From Heteronotia binoei (taxonomy: Eukaryota), in the NCBI RefSeq assembly GCF_032191835.1, contig NC_083225.1:149730001-149794000 (forward strand): a stretch of DNA of 64,000 bases. Reading direction: 5' to 3'. Below the pieces are notes generated by a model that saw only the letters and a program-made list of their open reading frames with translations, did not search any database and was not told the DNA's origin. A program made the translations under genes and the position numbers. Position 1 is the first letter of the stretch; each line of letters begins with the position of its first letter. Below are positions 12,253-24,627 of this stretch, in pieces.

Positions 12253-12332
12253 CATCTTAATCAGAGCTGTACCCTTCTAGGTCCATTGCCTTCAGTGGAT
12301 TTAGAAGAGGGTAGCTCTGTTTAGGATTGCAC
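12253..12332. mobile_element. Short palindromic MITE-like repeat (further copies ~45092-45165, ~46139-46196, half copy ~17695-17728)
   Basis: Imperfect hairpin cagagctgtacccttctaggtccattg...tggatttagaagagggtagctctgtttaggattgcac recurs in the window. Confidence 0.55.
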
Positions 12333-12472
12333 TATAGATGAAGTTCCTCTATTCTATTTTGATAACTTTCTTATTGAAAACTTGAAAAGATGGTTGTTTA
12401 CCTGTACATTGTCCTCCATCTAAAAGGACTGGGAACAGAGCCTAAATTACAGTTCTGAACAGAGATTCTGCC

Positions 12473-12629
12473 CAGTGTTCCCTCTAAACTGGCTCACACA
12501 TTTTTGTCTTAGCTCAGGAAAAATAGCCCCAGAGCAAACTAATTTATGCAGTATCTCACACCTTTAATGCCAGTAGCTCACAAAGTAGAATTTTTGCTCA
12601 CAAGACACCATGGCTTAGAGGGAACATTG
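12473..12629. mobile_element. hAT-type MITE, 157 bp
   Basis: TIRs cagtgttccctctaa / ttagagggaacattg. 8-bp TSD attctgcc / attctgac (7 of 8). Confidence 0.85.
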
Positions 12630-14004
12630 ATTCTGACACTCATCCAGCAGATTTGTAATTCTCCCCTGATGAGGATCTACTTGGTGTGTTAATGAGGACA
12701 GTGAACCTGAAATACTTAGGTGTAGCAGTACTGCATAGTCTGTCTGGGATTGCAGTACTGAACCTGCCTGTTGTTTTATCACACAGTCCACAGTTGTACT
12801 CTGCTAGGCGATTAAGGTGCAATTTACTTAAGCACTGCACTGCCTGTCTTCCAGTATAGTCTCACATACTTTGGGCTTTTCACCTTCTATGTTTTGAGGT
12901 CTCTTTGCACTAAAAACTCATCTTTGGAAAATCACTGATGGTCTGAAAATTGAGCATCACAGAATCAAGGACATGAATTGCTTTATACCGTATTACTTAT
13001 CCAATTTTGGTCAGTGAAAGTATGCTGATTCTTGAGTAAAGTTCAGACATAGTGCTAGGGGACATGTTCTGGTAGAAGGTGCCCATTGGGTGCTTTCAAC
13101 AGATTTTACTTACAATTGTATTTTCTTGCATTCCCTGTGAAAAATGTGAAGTATTTTCTGGAATACTGATGAGCTTAGAACTCTTGTTGTCACTTTCATA
13201 AAGAGGGCCAACCCCTCCCAAAATCCTGCCACAACATCCTTTCCAGACCTCCCTTTAATAGCTGTTTACAATTTGCCATTAGAAATACAGATTCTGCTAC
13301 TGTTCACTCTGAAAGTTGCAGGTAGTTGTGTGGACAAGGTGGTTATGATGTATGTTTCCAATTATAGTTAGGAATCAATTCCTTGCTAAAAGAGAGTTCT
13401 TCTATGATCCTTTCCTGTCCACCAACCTGATGTAACATTTCTGTAATTCATAAATGTGAAATGTTAATAACATCATAATTTGCAGAATGAATAAAAGCAA
13501 CCACAATCATGCTGGAGAGAACTTGTTAAACCTTAGCTTGTCTTGGTAAAGCAAGGATAGGATTGAGAGACAGAGAAAAAAACAACAGCTTGGTTAAAAG
13601 AATGAGTCAGGTTTTCTGATTTACACCCCCATTTAATTCTTAGAAGGAGTAACCCAAATACTTTCCTTATATAGGCTGGCAAAGGAAACAAGCATAGCCC
13701 TTCCACTTAAAACACTCTTTACCTTCATAGCTTGAGGGCTGGCTTGTGGTGTGGGACTGAGTAGTTAAAGGTCATTAGAACAGCCTTTAATAGCTGCATC
13801 CAGAGTTAAAACACTGGGACGACTGTTGGAATAGAGGCCCAGACTGCAAAAGCATAATGCATTGGGCTTCTTTTTCCTGACAGTGAAGGTGATAAAAGTT
13901 GTGTTGCTGATATTTGTGGGAGTTATGGCAAGCCAGCATTGCACAGATCTGGAACTCTCATAGTCATTAATGGAATCTAGTATGTTAAATGGTCCAGAAT
14001 GGTT

Positions 14005-14220
14005 TAGGGTTGCTATCCTCCAGGTGGGGGCTGGAGATCTCCCTGAATTCTAGCTGATCTCCACATGACAAAGGTCATGTCCCCTGGAGAAAATCACTGC
14101 TTTGGAGGGTGGACTCTGGCATTATACTCTACTGAGATCCCTCCCCTTCCCAAATTCCACTCTTCCTAGGCTGCACTCCCAAATCTCCAGGAATTTTCCA
14201 ACCTAGAGTTGGCAGCCCTA
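14005..14220 (+). mobile_element. hAT (Blackjack-like) non-autonomous element
   Basis: Termini tagggttgc...ggcagcccta. Same body as 19012-19224 and the reverse copy at 27018-27236. Confidence 0.75.
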
Positions 14221-14577
14221 GGCATTCAGACTTACTGGATTGTGATTGGGTACCTTATCTACGTTTAGTTGGCAGCAAATTGAACTTTGAAAAGGTACAG
14301 AACTCAGCCTCCTCTGGTATGAACTAGAGTAGCTGAATGTGGAGATGGGAAATCTGTGGTGCAACCCTGCACAGGTTAAAGAAATGTTGTATTTAGTGGG
14401 CCATATTCCATGATAAGCATACATAAGAGGGCACTGTTAGGTTCTAGTTCCATGAGAGTCTTCATTTGCAGGGTAGCATTGAGTAAGTTACTATATTTGA
14501 GTCTCACATGCATCAGGATGGGTTTAAAAACAGACTTATCCAAAGGATAATACATGCTAATCCTACTATAGCAGTGT

Positions 14578-14750
14578 ATGTAAAGTGTTGTTAAGTTGCA
14601 ACTGACTTATGGTGATCCCAGCAGGGGGCTTTCAAGGCAAGTGAGAAGCAGAGGTGCTTTGCAATTGCCTTCCTTCACAGAGGTGGTCTCCCCTCCAAGT
14701 AGTGACTCTACTTAGCTTCCAAGATCTGATGAGATCAGGCTATATCATAC
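14578..14750 (-). mobile_element. 5S-Sauria-like SINE (partial related tail also at ~16000-16065)
   Basis: actgacttatggtgatccc...ctttcaaggcaag tail and cttagcttccaagatctgatgagatc 5S-like head in reverse. Confidence 0.6.
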
Positions 14751-15178
14751 CACATTCTCTCCCAGTGTTGCAGCAGTTAAGGGTGCTTTTCAGTTTCTTT
14801 TCACAAGCGCTGAGGCCACTCAATTGATGTATACCTGTGAAGGGTGAGTTGGGAGCCTATTATTATAAATATTGGCCCGCACTGTTTAATTTAATCTATG
14901 GCTGTCAGTGGATTTTGGAATTTAAAAAGTTTTCCCTTTATCTAAAGTGATGCCTTGTGTGATGTCATAGTTGAGGCAGTGACATCCACCAGGCCTAGCA
15001 GCTTGATTTACAGCAAAATACATCATTGTGACATCAGAGTAGACCAGCCAGTCAAGAAAGACAAGGCAAGTAAAGTAGAAGAGACAGCAGAATCACCATG
15101 AGACAAAGTTGGTGATAATGCCCATCAGTCAGGCAGTTGGTGTAGTGGTTGGTGTCATGCTAGGATCTGGGAAGCCCT

Positions 15179-15268
15179 TATCTATCTATCTATCATCTAT
15201 CTATCTACCTGTCTGTCTGTCTGTCTGTCTGTCGTCTATCTATCTATCATCTATCTATCTATCTATCT
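15179..15268. repeat. Compound (TATC)n/(TGTC)n microsatellite
   Basis: Direct reading. Followed by an L2-like 3' tail fragment. Confidence 0.95.
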
Positions 15269-15399
15269 TAATTTCTAGCCTGCCCTATCCTGTGAGTAAG
15301 CTCAAGGCAGATCACAACAGACTTAAACAATAACCAATAGAATTAGAAGTAAACAAACAATTAAAACAATAAAATTACTCCATTTCAGGTGGAAAACAA

Positions 15400-15592
15400 C
15401 TAATCAGGCCATAGTGCAATGTTGTTCAAATCCCTGCTCTGCAGGGTGATCTTGGGCCAGGCACATACTTTCAGCCTGACCCACCTCACAAGGTTGTTGT
15501 GAGGATAAAATGGAGGAGAAGAGAATGATGTCAACCAGTTTGGGTCCTCGTTGGGGAGAAAGGCAAAGTATAAATGAAGTGAAGCAAGCATC
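15400..15592 (+). mobile_element. MIR/Squam3-type CORE SINE, old (similar old copies ~16490-16635 -, ~32150-32345 +, ~33515-33722 +, ~39940-40150 -, ~41470-41667 +, ~52420-52560 -)
   Basis: CORE-type tail cccacctcacaaggttgttgtgaggataaaatgg and ggggagaaaggcaaagtataaat end. Confidence 0.65.
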
Positions 15593-16257
15593 CTTTTCTT
15601 CATTAGGTAGTGATTAAGAGGAAAGATCCTTCAGAATGATTGTTTTGAAGAGCTCTGTACAAAACAGACGTGAATATTGTTATATAATAACAGAAGGTGC
15701 TAGGTTCTTCAAAAATATTGTTTTGTTTCTCAACCTTTTGAAGAAGCATAAAGATCAGGATGACTGTATCCCTTTCCCTAAGGCAGACTCAGGCAGATTC
15801 TTCCCCACAAATCAATTGCCACAAGGATGCCCCCACATCATCCAGATCATAGCATGTGTATAGAACAAGCAGAGAGAAATTTTGGTTTATGATTTACTTA
15901 GAAGAAAATATCTTAGGGCCAAGTACAAAATGTGAGCAAACTGCAACAGTGATGAAGGCTGCAGACATCTGTAACTTGCTCTTTGTCTCTTTAAAAATAC
16001 ATATGACTTACGGCGACCCCAGCAAGGGGCTTTCAAGGCAAGTGAGAAGCAGAAGTAGTTACTGCTTTTGTCTATTGCTTGCAGTGAGTGATATATGCAC
16101 ATGGAGGTGAGTGGACAGTGAACAATACTCGGGTGCATACTTTGGAACTGAGGGACAGTGTGAGATAGTTGGTGGGAAGAGTGTTGAATTTGAACTCGGG
16201 AGGCCTGAGTTCAAATGGGCTCAGCCATGAAAGTTCAGTAACTGATTTTGGGCAGAT

Positions 16258-16372
16258 TCAGGTGGGTAGCCATGTTGGTCTGAAGCAGCAGAACAGAGTT
16301 TGGGTCCAGTGGTACCTTTAAGACCAACAAAGTTTTATTTAAGGTTTAAGCTTTCGTGTACATGCACACTCT
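16258..16372. mobile_element. Penelope-like terminal repeat fragment (opposite-strand copies ~18405-18522 and ~35775-35897; piece ~45350-45425)
   Basis: ggtagccatgttggtctgaagc...gtccagtggtacctttaagaccaacaaag repeated several times. Family assignment from recall. Confidence 0.5.
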
Positions 16373-16714
16373 GCCTAATCTACATCATAGGGTTGGTGTG
16401 AACATAGATGGGATGGCTGCCATATACACTGTTTTAAGTTCTTTTGAAAAAGAGTTGGCTACAAATACATTTATGTACTTCCTGTATACCCTGCTTCTCT
16501 CTCCAGTGGGAGACTCAAAGCTGTTTGCATTCTTCTCCTCTCTTCCCTTTTATCCTAACAATTATTAGTGAAGTAAGATTAGGTTGAGAGTGTGTGACTG
16601 GTCCAAGGTAACCTAGTCTGACACTCTAACCACTGAAGGTGGTGTCTGTATTTTGCCTTGCAGCCCGGACTGATGAAAGGATGAAGTGATTGCCTTCAAA
16701 TGACATGGGTTCTA

Positions 16715-16888
16715 GGCCCGTTTTTTTTTTTTTTTTTGGTACATTGGGCCACACCCCCTGACATCACCATTGCTTAACACAGGGCTTTTTTGTAGAAAAA
16801 GCCCAGCAGGAACTTATTTGCATATTAGGCCATACCCCCCTGATGCCAAGTCAGCCAAAACTGTGTTCCTGCTCAAAAAAAAGCCCTG
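16715..16888. mobile_element. hAT-type MITE of the cagggcttttt family, composite form with degraded left end
   Basis: Right TIR aaaaaaagccctg and internal cagggcttttttgtagaaaaagcc. Matches the reverse complement of 43275-43469. Confidence 0.8.
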
Positions 16889-18787
16889 GTTCTAGAAAAG
16901 CACCCCTCCACCACCAAATGCTGAACAAACACTCCACAACTTCCTGAGGTGGCCTGTGCCATCCTTTATAAAGGAAGAACCAAGAAAGAGTTCCTTTGCC
17001 TAGGATTTTGGTGGGTATGGAATAGAACAGTTCTGTATAGGATTGCATTGCTGACCTTACAGCTGCCTTGAGAAGTATGACAAGAGTTTCTAACTAAACT
17101 TTCTAATTGAGCTTGACATGAATGTTACTAAGGCTGACTTTGTGCAGCTTGGTATGATGATGCAATAATGCACTGATATCACAAGTCTGTGGTAGTGAAT
17201 CTACACCCAAGGCTGGCAAGTTCAGTGAACTTTTGTATAAGTTTCCTTACAAGATGCCATGTGGCTATCTTGTGGCACCTTACCAGTGATGTCCCAGCTG
17301 GTCACATCCCTGCCCAAGGAAGTTCATCTGCTGTCCTCCTTGCTGGTTTTCAGAAAAGTTTTCTCTAACTTGGTTTCTTTAAAGCAGATCATTGTTGCTT
17401 CTAATTCTTGTTCGCATATATTTTAGAATTTGCCATAACATAGTTTTATGGGTGTTACTTGTGTCTTAATTTTCAATTTTATTTAAAACCAGTTGGAGAA
17501 CTTTTGCTGTGAAGCACTGCAGGTGTTCACCACTGAGCTAACCCTTCTATTTCCAGAAACCTGTGTTACAGTCTTTGATAGCTTTTTATAACAAGTTTAC
17601 TATTTAGAAAGAAGCATGCTAAAAACCAGATGCAGTTTAAGTGTTGAACTCTTAAGCAAAGTTATGCCTTTCAAAGTTCATTGTAATCAATTGATTTAGA
17701 AGAGTGCAACTCTGTTTAGGATTGCATTGTAAATTGCATTGTAAATTGCTATCACTGTGTTAAGAAATTTCACTTAACTGTAGATAGTAAAAACTGCAGG
17801 AACTTGGCTTGTTGTTACTAGGTTGCTGCATGTCTTCTATCTTGTTCCGCCTCTTTCCCTTATTGCATGGAAAACTGCTTAAAAACTAGCTCCAGGTAAT
17901 CCACTTCCCCATCATCTGGAATCTTAAACTAAAGTTTAATCCAAGTTTAGAATCTTGGTTAATGCTCACATATTAATCATACCTGTACTTTCTTGTATCA
18001 GTTTGTAAGAAGGAGCCAACGTGTGTTCACTTGACAAATGAAACGGGTCCAGCACTTGGGCTTTCAGTCACATGTTGAGCTAATGTGAGAATTCCTTGGC
18101 GTAAGGAATCATTCAACACATGTATAAAGAAAAATGAAGTACTCACTGTATGTGGATTGTCCATGCATTCACTGTAACTTGTGACAGGGCTACTGTGTGT
18201 GTAGGGAGACTAACCCTATTCAGTCTGCACACAGGCATTTGGACACAGGTAATTGGAGTTGGGTTTTAATTGTCATTCTCTGTGTGAGGGGAAAGGAGTG
18301 GAAGTCTGTCAGCAAGCTGGATGCATGCACATTTCTCCTTTTTTGCACTTAAGCAGGATGTCTGATTGCAAACTCTGGTGGTTTCTTTGTTGTTGTTTGT
18401 ATGTTGTTGCTTGCATGCACACAAATGCTTATACCCATAATAAAACTTTGTTGGTCTTCAAGGTGCCACTGGACTCAAAACTTTGTTCTATTGCTTCAGA
18501 CCAACATGGCTACCCACCTGAATAATTCCTCTTATTTTGAGCTCTTAAAAATGCATCTAATGTTCCCATCCTTTGCATACCAAATGCTGCAGTAAGTTTT
18601 ATAGTAAGTACCTGTTCATATTAAAGAAGCAAGAGTGCTCCAGGATACTTTGTTTATTATTTATTTTAAATATTTATGCCTTGCTTTTCTCCCCAGTAAG
18701 GATTCAGAGCAGGTTAGGACATCATTTCCCCGTCCTCCATTATATCCTCACAGGGCTGTGGTTTCTGTGTTGATAACTGGTAGCTTT

Positions 18788-18895
18788 CCAGGTATAATTC
18801 AGATTTTGAACTGTAGGACTCTTCCTGATCTTTGAGTCCCAGGTATAATTCAGATTTTGAACTGCAGGACTCTTCCTGATCTTTGAGTCCCAGGT
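18788..18895. repeat. 51-bp tandem duplication (2.1 copies, 1 mismatch)
   Basis: ccaggtataattcagattttgaactg(t/c)aggactcttcctgatctttgagtc at 18788-18838 and 18839-18889. Confidence 0.95.
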
Positions 18896-19011
18896 TAATG
18901 TATTTCTTTCTGTCTCTCTACCTGCCCTTTTTGTCCTATTTCTCCAATGATCTTGGAGCAGCATGGATATGGGCTGTTTAATAATAATATTATTATTATT
19001 ATTAAACTGTT

Positions 19012-19224
19012 TGAGGTTGCTGATCTCCAGGTGGAATGTGGAAATCTCCCAGAACCACAGCTAATCTCCAGGCTATGGAGATCAGTTCCTCTGAAGAAAA
19101 TGGCTGCTTTGCACGGTGAACTTCATAGCATTATACTGCGCTGAGGTCGCTTCCCGAACCCTGCCCTCTCCAGTCTCTACTCCCAAATTTCTAAGTATTT
19201 TCCAACCTGGAGTTGGCAACACTA
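19012..19224 (+). mobile_element. hAT (Blackjack-like) non-autonomous element
   Basis: gaggttgc...ggagttggcaacacta termini; body homologous to 14005-14220. Confidence 0.7.
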
Positions 19225-20196
19225 ATGCAGCTACTTCCCCCCCTACTCTCTTGACATCCCCCAGACTTTCCTCCAGGTTTGATATTGCAAGCATTCGCTG
19301 ATGATTAAAATGAACCAAGATACCCTTTAAGCTTGCTTTGGGTACCTTAATCTCTCAGTGTGATACTGGCCAGGTGGAACAGACAACATGGCCACTGGAA
19401 TGGGATTTCACTGTGGCGAATTAGCTCCCATGCCACTAGGTGTGCATTGGGAGGAGAGCTGATTTATTGGTACATATCGGCTTTGGGGATTTCTCTGCCA
19501 AACAATGTAGAACGTATAATCCATGCTACATGCACTCACTAGGTTCTCAAGACTGATAAAATGCCATATATGGAAAACTACAACAAAATCAGGAAACTGG
19601 TGATGCTGTTGAACCTTAATTTAGCTGGAAGTGAGAAGCAAAGAAAGAAGTGAGAATTACCATACTTGCTCAAAATGACATTCCTCAGAGGGCAAGACAT
19701 TTACTGCTAGGTTTAATTATGCCTGCTAATCCTAGTTCTGTGAAATGGATAGTTCTGGGTTTTCCTGCCCACTCAAGAGATTAGATTTCCCACTTGTTAC
19801 ATATTATCAGTTTATGCCTGTCAAACAGGGATTCCTGTACTGTGTTCTGGTTCATACTAGTATGCTACGACAGAAATTGAAATGCACTTTGAAAAATCAG
19901 CACTCATTCTTCATTTTACGACTTTTGGACTAAGGAACTCTCATACAGCATTAATCCTCACTTTCTTGCTATGAAGGAGGAGGATATGCCACATTTCTTT
20001 TATGTAGCTGAACTGGCAGAGGAGAACCACAGATGTATTGACATTGGCTATATAGCACGGTCCTCCTTCTGAGTTGTGCTTGGTTGGACAGAGAGGCTGA
20101 GAGGTCACCTACTAGAAATACTGGCACAGCTAACGTGCAGTTGCAAGAAGGACGCCTGCCCACTGTTATGTGGTGTGGGGGAAAATGTATCTTCAT

Positions 20197-20377
20197 CAGG
20201 GTTTTTTTGTAGCAGAAACTCCTTTGCATTTTAGGCCACACACCCCTGGTGTAGCCAATCCTCCAAGAGCTTACAGTAGGCCCTGCAAGGAGAGCCTAAT
20301 AAGCTCTTGGATGATTGGCTATATTAGGGTGTGTGGCCTAATATGCAAAGGAGTTCCTGCTACAAAAAAAGGCCCTG
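20197..20377. mobile_element. Fold-back hAT MITE, 181 bp
   Basis: ~76-bp inverted arms and perfect 8-bp TSD atcttcat (20189-20196, 20378-20385). Confidence 0.92.
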
Positions 20378-20850
20378 ATCTTCATAAAAGAGAAGAGTAA
20401 GATGTTTCCTGCAGTTTTATTCCTGGAAAGAAGTTGTGTTTAGGAAGCAATACTGTAGAAGATACACAGGCAGGTGCCTCTTGGACTGGAAAAACATATG
20501 AACGTCAGGTTTTCTGTGTATAATGAATGTGGGTGTTACTAAGTAAGATCTGGTTCACATAATATTGTGTACCTTCCTTCAAACAGACCAAGTTGTTTAT
20601 TAGTAGGGAACAAGTGGGGCCCATGATATTCACTGGTGGGGGGGGGGGAGGAATCGCATCCCTTCCCCAAACTTTAAGATTTTTCTGCATACCTAGGGTG
20701 TGCCCCAAGTTTGCAGAAAAATTTTTTTAGTCTTCATGTGGCCCTGATCTGCAAATTGAGATATCTGCAGGTGGCAACCACACATAGCTAATCGATAATT
20801 CTGATGCCTATATAATTCTGTTTATAGATAATTCTGTTGCCAGTTCCAGT

Positions 20851-21054
20851 GGGAATGTGGCTCACTAGCAGGGCATCTGCTTGGCATGCAGAAACCCCCA
20901 GGCTCAATCCCCAACATCTCCAGTTAAAAAATATTGGGTAGAAAGTGATGAGAGAGTCTTCTTCCTGAGACCTACGAGTCTGAGTAGGCAATACTGACCT
21001 TGATAGACCAATAATCTGATTCAGTATAAAGCAGCAGCTTCATGTGTTCATGTG
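20851..21054 (+). mobile_element. tRNA-derived SINE (Squam2-like); older copy ~40925-41112
   Basis: tRNA-like head gtggctca...gcatctgcttggcatgcagaaacccccaggctcaatcccc and (ttcatgtg)2 tail. Confidence 0.7.
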
Positions 21055-22037
21055 CACCTGCCTCTGTGGTGTGTGTGTATGTGTGAGTGCGCAATATGTC
21101 TAGCAGAAAGGAAATTATTGTTTTGGGATCTGAAGTAGATCTTTCATATAATGTTTTTCTGTGTTCTTCTGGATCCACAGACTTGCTAGGAGTCACTGGG
21201 TTAAATCCAGTAATACACCCACACAAGGAAAACAGATTTTCCCCACTTTTCAACGCCACCCCCCCCACAAGCAGTCTGCCAATAGAAAGGCAGGAATGGT
21301 ACCTTTGCCTTCCTTCCACACCTAACTGTAGCCACCGATTCATATGGCTATGGGCCATGAAGCTCCCACAACCCTGAAAATCAACTTTCCTAGGATTCAA
21401 AGGGATTGCTGGGAGAAGAAGAAAGGGTGGAAAATTTACAGTTCTTAGTGCCTTTTACTAGTGGATTGATGGATTCAACCCCTTATGCTAAGGCACATTC
21501 CCTCTAAAAACCTACCTCAAAAGATTATTGAAACACAGGATGCTTAAAATAAAATATATTTTATATACCATGTTTTAGATTAATAACTTCAGATGTTACA
21601 GCTGGTAGCACTCTTATTTATACCAAGTATCAACATAAAATGTAAGAAAAACTAAATTTAAGAAGTAACAAGCACATTTTAAAACTATACTGCCACAAAA
21701 TACTTACCCAAACAGAAAGTAGTCTTAAATCATCTTTTAAAAGACTGTATCAAATTCTGTGTATACAGTGGGGTTTCTAGGGCCTTTGTTTATTTACTTT
21801 GTGATAGTCCACCTTTCTTGCTGAAACTAAAAGCGGATCACCTTGTTTTATATCAATGTCTGTGCCACGAGAAGGACAACTCTTGACACTTAGGGAAGCT
21901 GTAGAAGCAGCCTGCCCTGTTCAAGTCATTCAAAGTGAGAATCCTCTGTGTTCGTAAAGGAAGTGAAACTGTGCCTTGATGTGGTGATGGGATTTGGTGG
22001 TGGAAAGTGCCTCTCTATCTGCCTCCATACTACGGAT

Positions 22038-22220
22038 GTGGTAGTGGAAAGTGCCATCAAGTCACAACTGACTTGACGGTGATTCTGTAGGATTTTCAAG
22101 ACAAGAGACATTTGGAGCTGGTTTTCCATTGGCTGGCTCCGCATAGCAACCCCAGACTTCCTTGGTGGCCTCCTATCCAAGTACTAAACGTGGCTGATCC
22201 TGCTTAGCTTCCAAGATCTC
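22038..22220 (-). mobile_element. 5S rRNA-derived SINE (5S-Sauria type)
   Basis: gtggaaagtgccatcaagtc tail; tccaagtactaaac...cctgcttagcttccaagatc 5S-like head in reverse. Confidence 0.75.
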
Positions 22221-22266
22221 TGCACCTGAAAAAAGGTATTTTTTCACATTCAAAGAGAGCATAAAT

Positions 22267-23072
22267 GAGGGGTGAGGAACCTTTTTTCTGCCAAGGGCCA
22301 CTTAGAAACTTATAACATTATTCATGGGCCATCAGGAACTTGTTAGCATATTAGGCCACACCCCCTGATATCAGCATATTAGGCCCCGCCATCTGGGATA
22401 ATCAAATGGAAGTTGAATTGGTGGAAGCTGGCTCCCACTCCCCACCCCTGCCACCCCTCCTTCCCTCCCTTCATGAAGAAACTGCAGCTGCTCCCACCAG
22501 ACTCAAGGCAGCCAAATACCCCATCAACCGTCCTTCACAGCACCCACCAGTCGGGCTCCAGAGACATAGAGAGAGAAATAAAGGAAGATAAAGAAATGAG
22601 AGGGAAGAAAAGAAATTAAAGGAAATAAAGAAAGGGCGGGAAGCAATGGAAATAAAGGGAAATAAAGAATTGGGGGGGGGGGGGAGAAAAGAAAATAAAG
22701 AAAGGGGGAGAAGAAAGGGAAACCGAAAGGGGGAACAAAAACATGAAAGGGAAACTAAAACATGACCACCACCACCCTGCCAGCCAACTGCCCTGGGGAG
22801 GCTGCTATGCAATGTGACCTGCCCAGCCCAGCGACCCCTGGGCGGGGGTGGGGGAGAGGCCGGCGCACAGCCCGAAGATCGCCGCTGACTGGGCGGGGAG
22901 GCCTGTGTGCAACCCAGCCCAGAGATCACTGCTGGCTGGCTGGGAATGGGAAGGTTGGTGTACAGCCCCGCAATCGCCACCAGCCAGTTGGGCCCGGGGA
23001 GGCCGCTGGAGGCCAGTCCGAGGGGTCTCATGGGCCATAAATGGCCCGCGAACCAGAGATTCCCCACCCCTG
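22267..23072. mobile_element. hAT (Charlie-like) non-autonomous element, 806 bp
   Basis: Termini gaggggtgaggaacc / gattccccacccctg and perfect 8-bp TSD gcataaat (22259-22266, 23073-23080). Confidence 0.88.
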
Positions 23073-23842
23073 GCATAAATACTGGTATTTGATGATGTTT
23101 GGGCCCCCTAAGGCCATATTGGGTTTGGGCTTTTATGGGATTCTGGAATTATTCAGGTTTGGTAATTCCCTGTGAGGGACTGGAGTGGTTCTTTTTCAGC
23201 CAAATAACATCAGAATAACACCCCCAACCCCACCCCAGTTTCAAGCAAATTGGATCAAGGAGTCCAAGGATGCCTGGGGGTGCCTGAACAAGAAAGGAGG
23301 GGGCCAACTAGACCATAGCTCACACTGGCTAGGAGCCACCTCCCTGGGACAGGCATGTTTTCTGTCAGCCACAAGCCGCCATCCTGTTGCACAAGAAGCC
23401 TGTTTAAGGGGAGGGGGGAGGGAATGAGACCTTGAATCCTTCAAATTCCTGACTATTGGTATTCTTGAGATTCTCTAATACTGCTCCAGATACCAGAATA
23501 TAGACAAAATACCAATACAATATTTTTTTCACATACACTGTACTTATATAAGCCTTGTACATGTGCTTGGGAATGCTACAGGATCCCAGTTATATGTACA
23601 AAGTTTATATACATGCATTTGTGTGCATGGAAAGTATGCTATAGACATTCATCTATAGATGTTGATACTGGGTGGGGGCAGCATGGATTAATAGAAGCAA
23701 TATGAGGAAGCCCATGTGTGCATACAGGTCCTTTCATACCCTCAAAAGGAATCCTAAGTTTGTAGCTCTATGAGGACATAAGAAGAATATCAAATTATGC
23801 AAAGTTAGGTGTTTATTAACAAGGAGGTAAATGCTTAATGAA

Positions 23843-24627
23843 TAGAGATGGGCACAACTGGGAAATTGTGGTTTGGTTTGCAAATTATCTCGATTCCTGA
23901 ACCAGTTTGCAAACTGAACCTGAATTAGTTCACAAACCTGTTCATGAACCAGTTTGAATAAAAAATGCCCCCCCAGGGACCTGGAGACTTTAAAATTACA
24001 GGGGATCTCCAGCTGACTCTCCTCTATGTGCCCACCAACTTTGGTGAAGATTGGACTTCAAGTTACGGACCCCCAAACAAGTTGTCCACGGACAGTACTT
24101 TTCAATGAGAGGTCATGTGCCAGTTCAGGAGTATACAAAATGGACCCTAGGTGAGTTAGAGGCATCCAGCTTGCAGAATGCTTCCTGGGGATGTCCCTCC
24201 ACGAGCCCATCAAGTTACATGCAGGTTGGATTTGTAGAGTCCGAGTTATTGACCCCAAGCAAGTAATCCCCAGGAAGATGGTTTTTGGAGAGATGCTGGA
24301 TGTGGGTTCACATGTATAGTACAGACCACCCTCCATGTATAGTACACAGACCACATGTATAGTACAGACTCACTGATTCAGGACCACACCAGCCACTCAC
24401 CCCATCCAGACCCAGAAGCCACCAAAGCTGCGGATGCCTGTGGGTGCCTGTTGCAGGTGGCTGTGTCTCCCCAGGCCCACCCTCCACCTCCAGCCAATGT
24501 GATTGCTGAACAGGGCCAACCTCAATGACTGTTCAGCAACTCAGTCAGCAACTCAGGCTTGTGAACCTTGAACTGGACAAAGTTCAGTCCAGACTTCCAA
24601 GCCTGAACCAGTTTGTGCACATCCCTA
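23843..24627. mobile_element. hAT (Tip100-like) non-autonomous element, 785 bp
   Basis: TIRs tagagatgggcac / gtgcacatcccta and degraded TSD ttaatgaa / ttggtgaa. Internal region homologous to 35985-36920. Confidence 0.75.

Noticed and set aside
20851-20925. tRNA gene call (also the Squam3 heads)
   Set aside because: Degenerate A/B boxes continue into SINE bodies; no complete cloverleaf.
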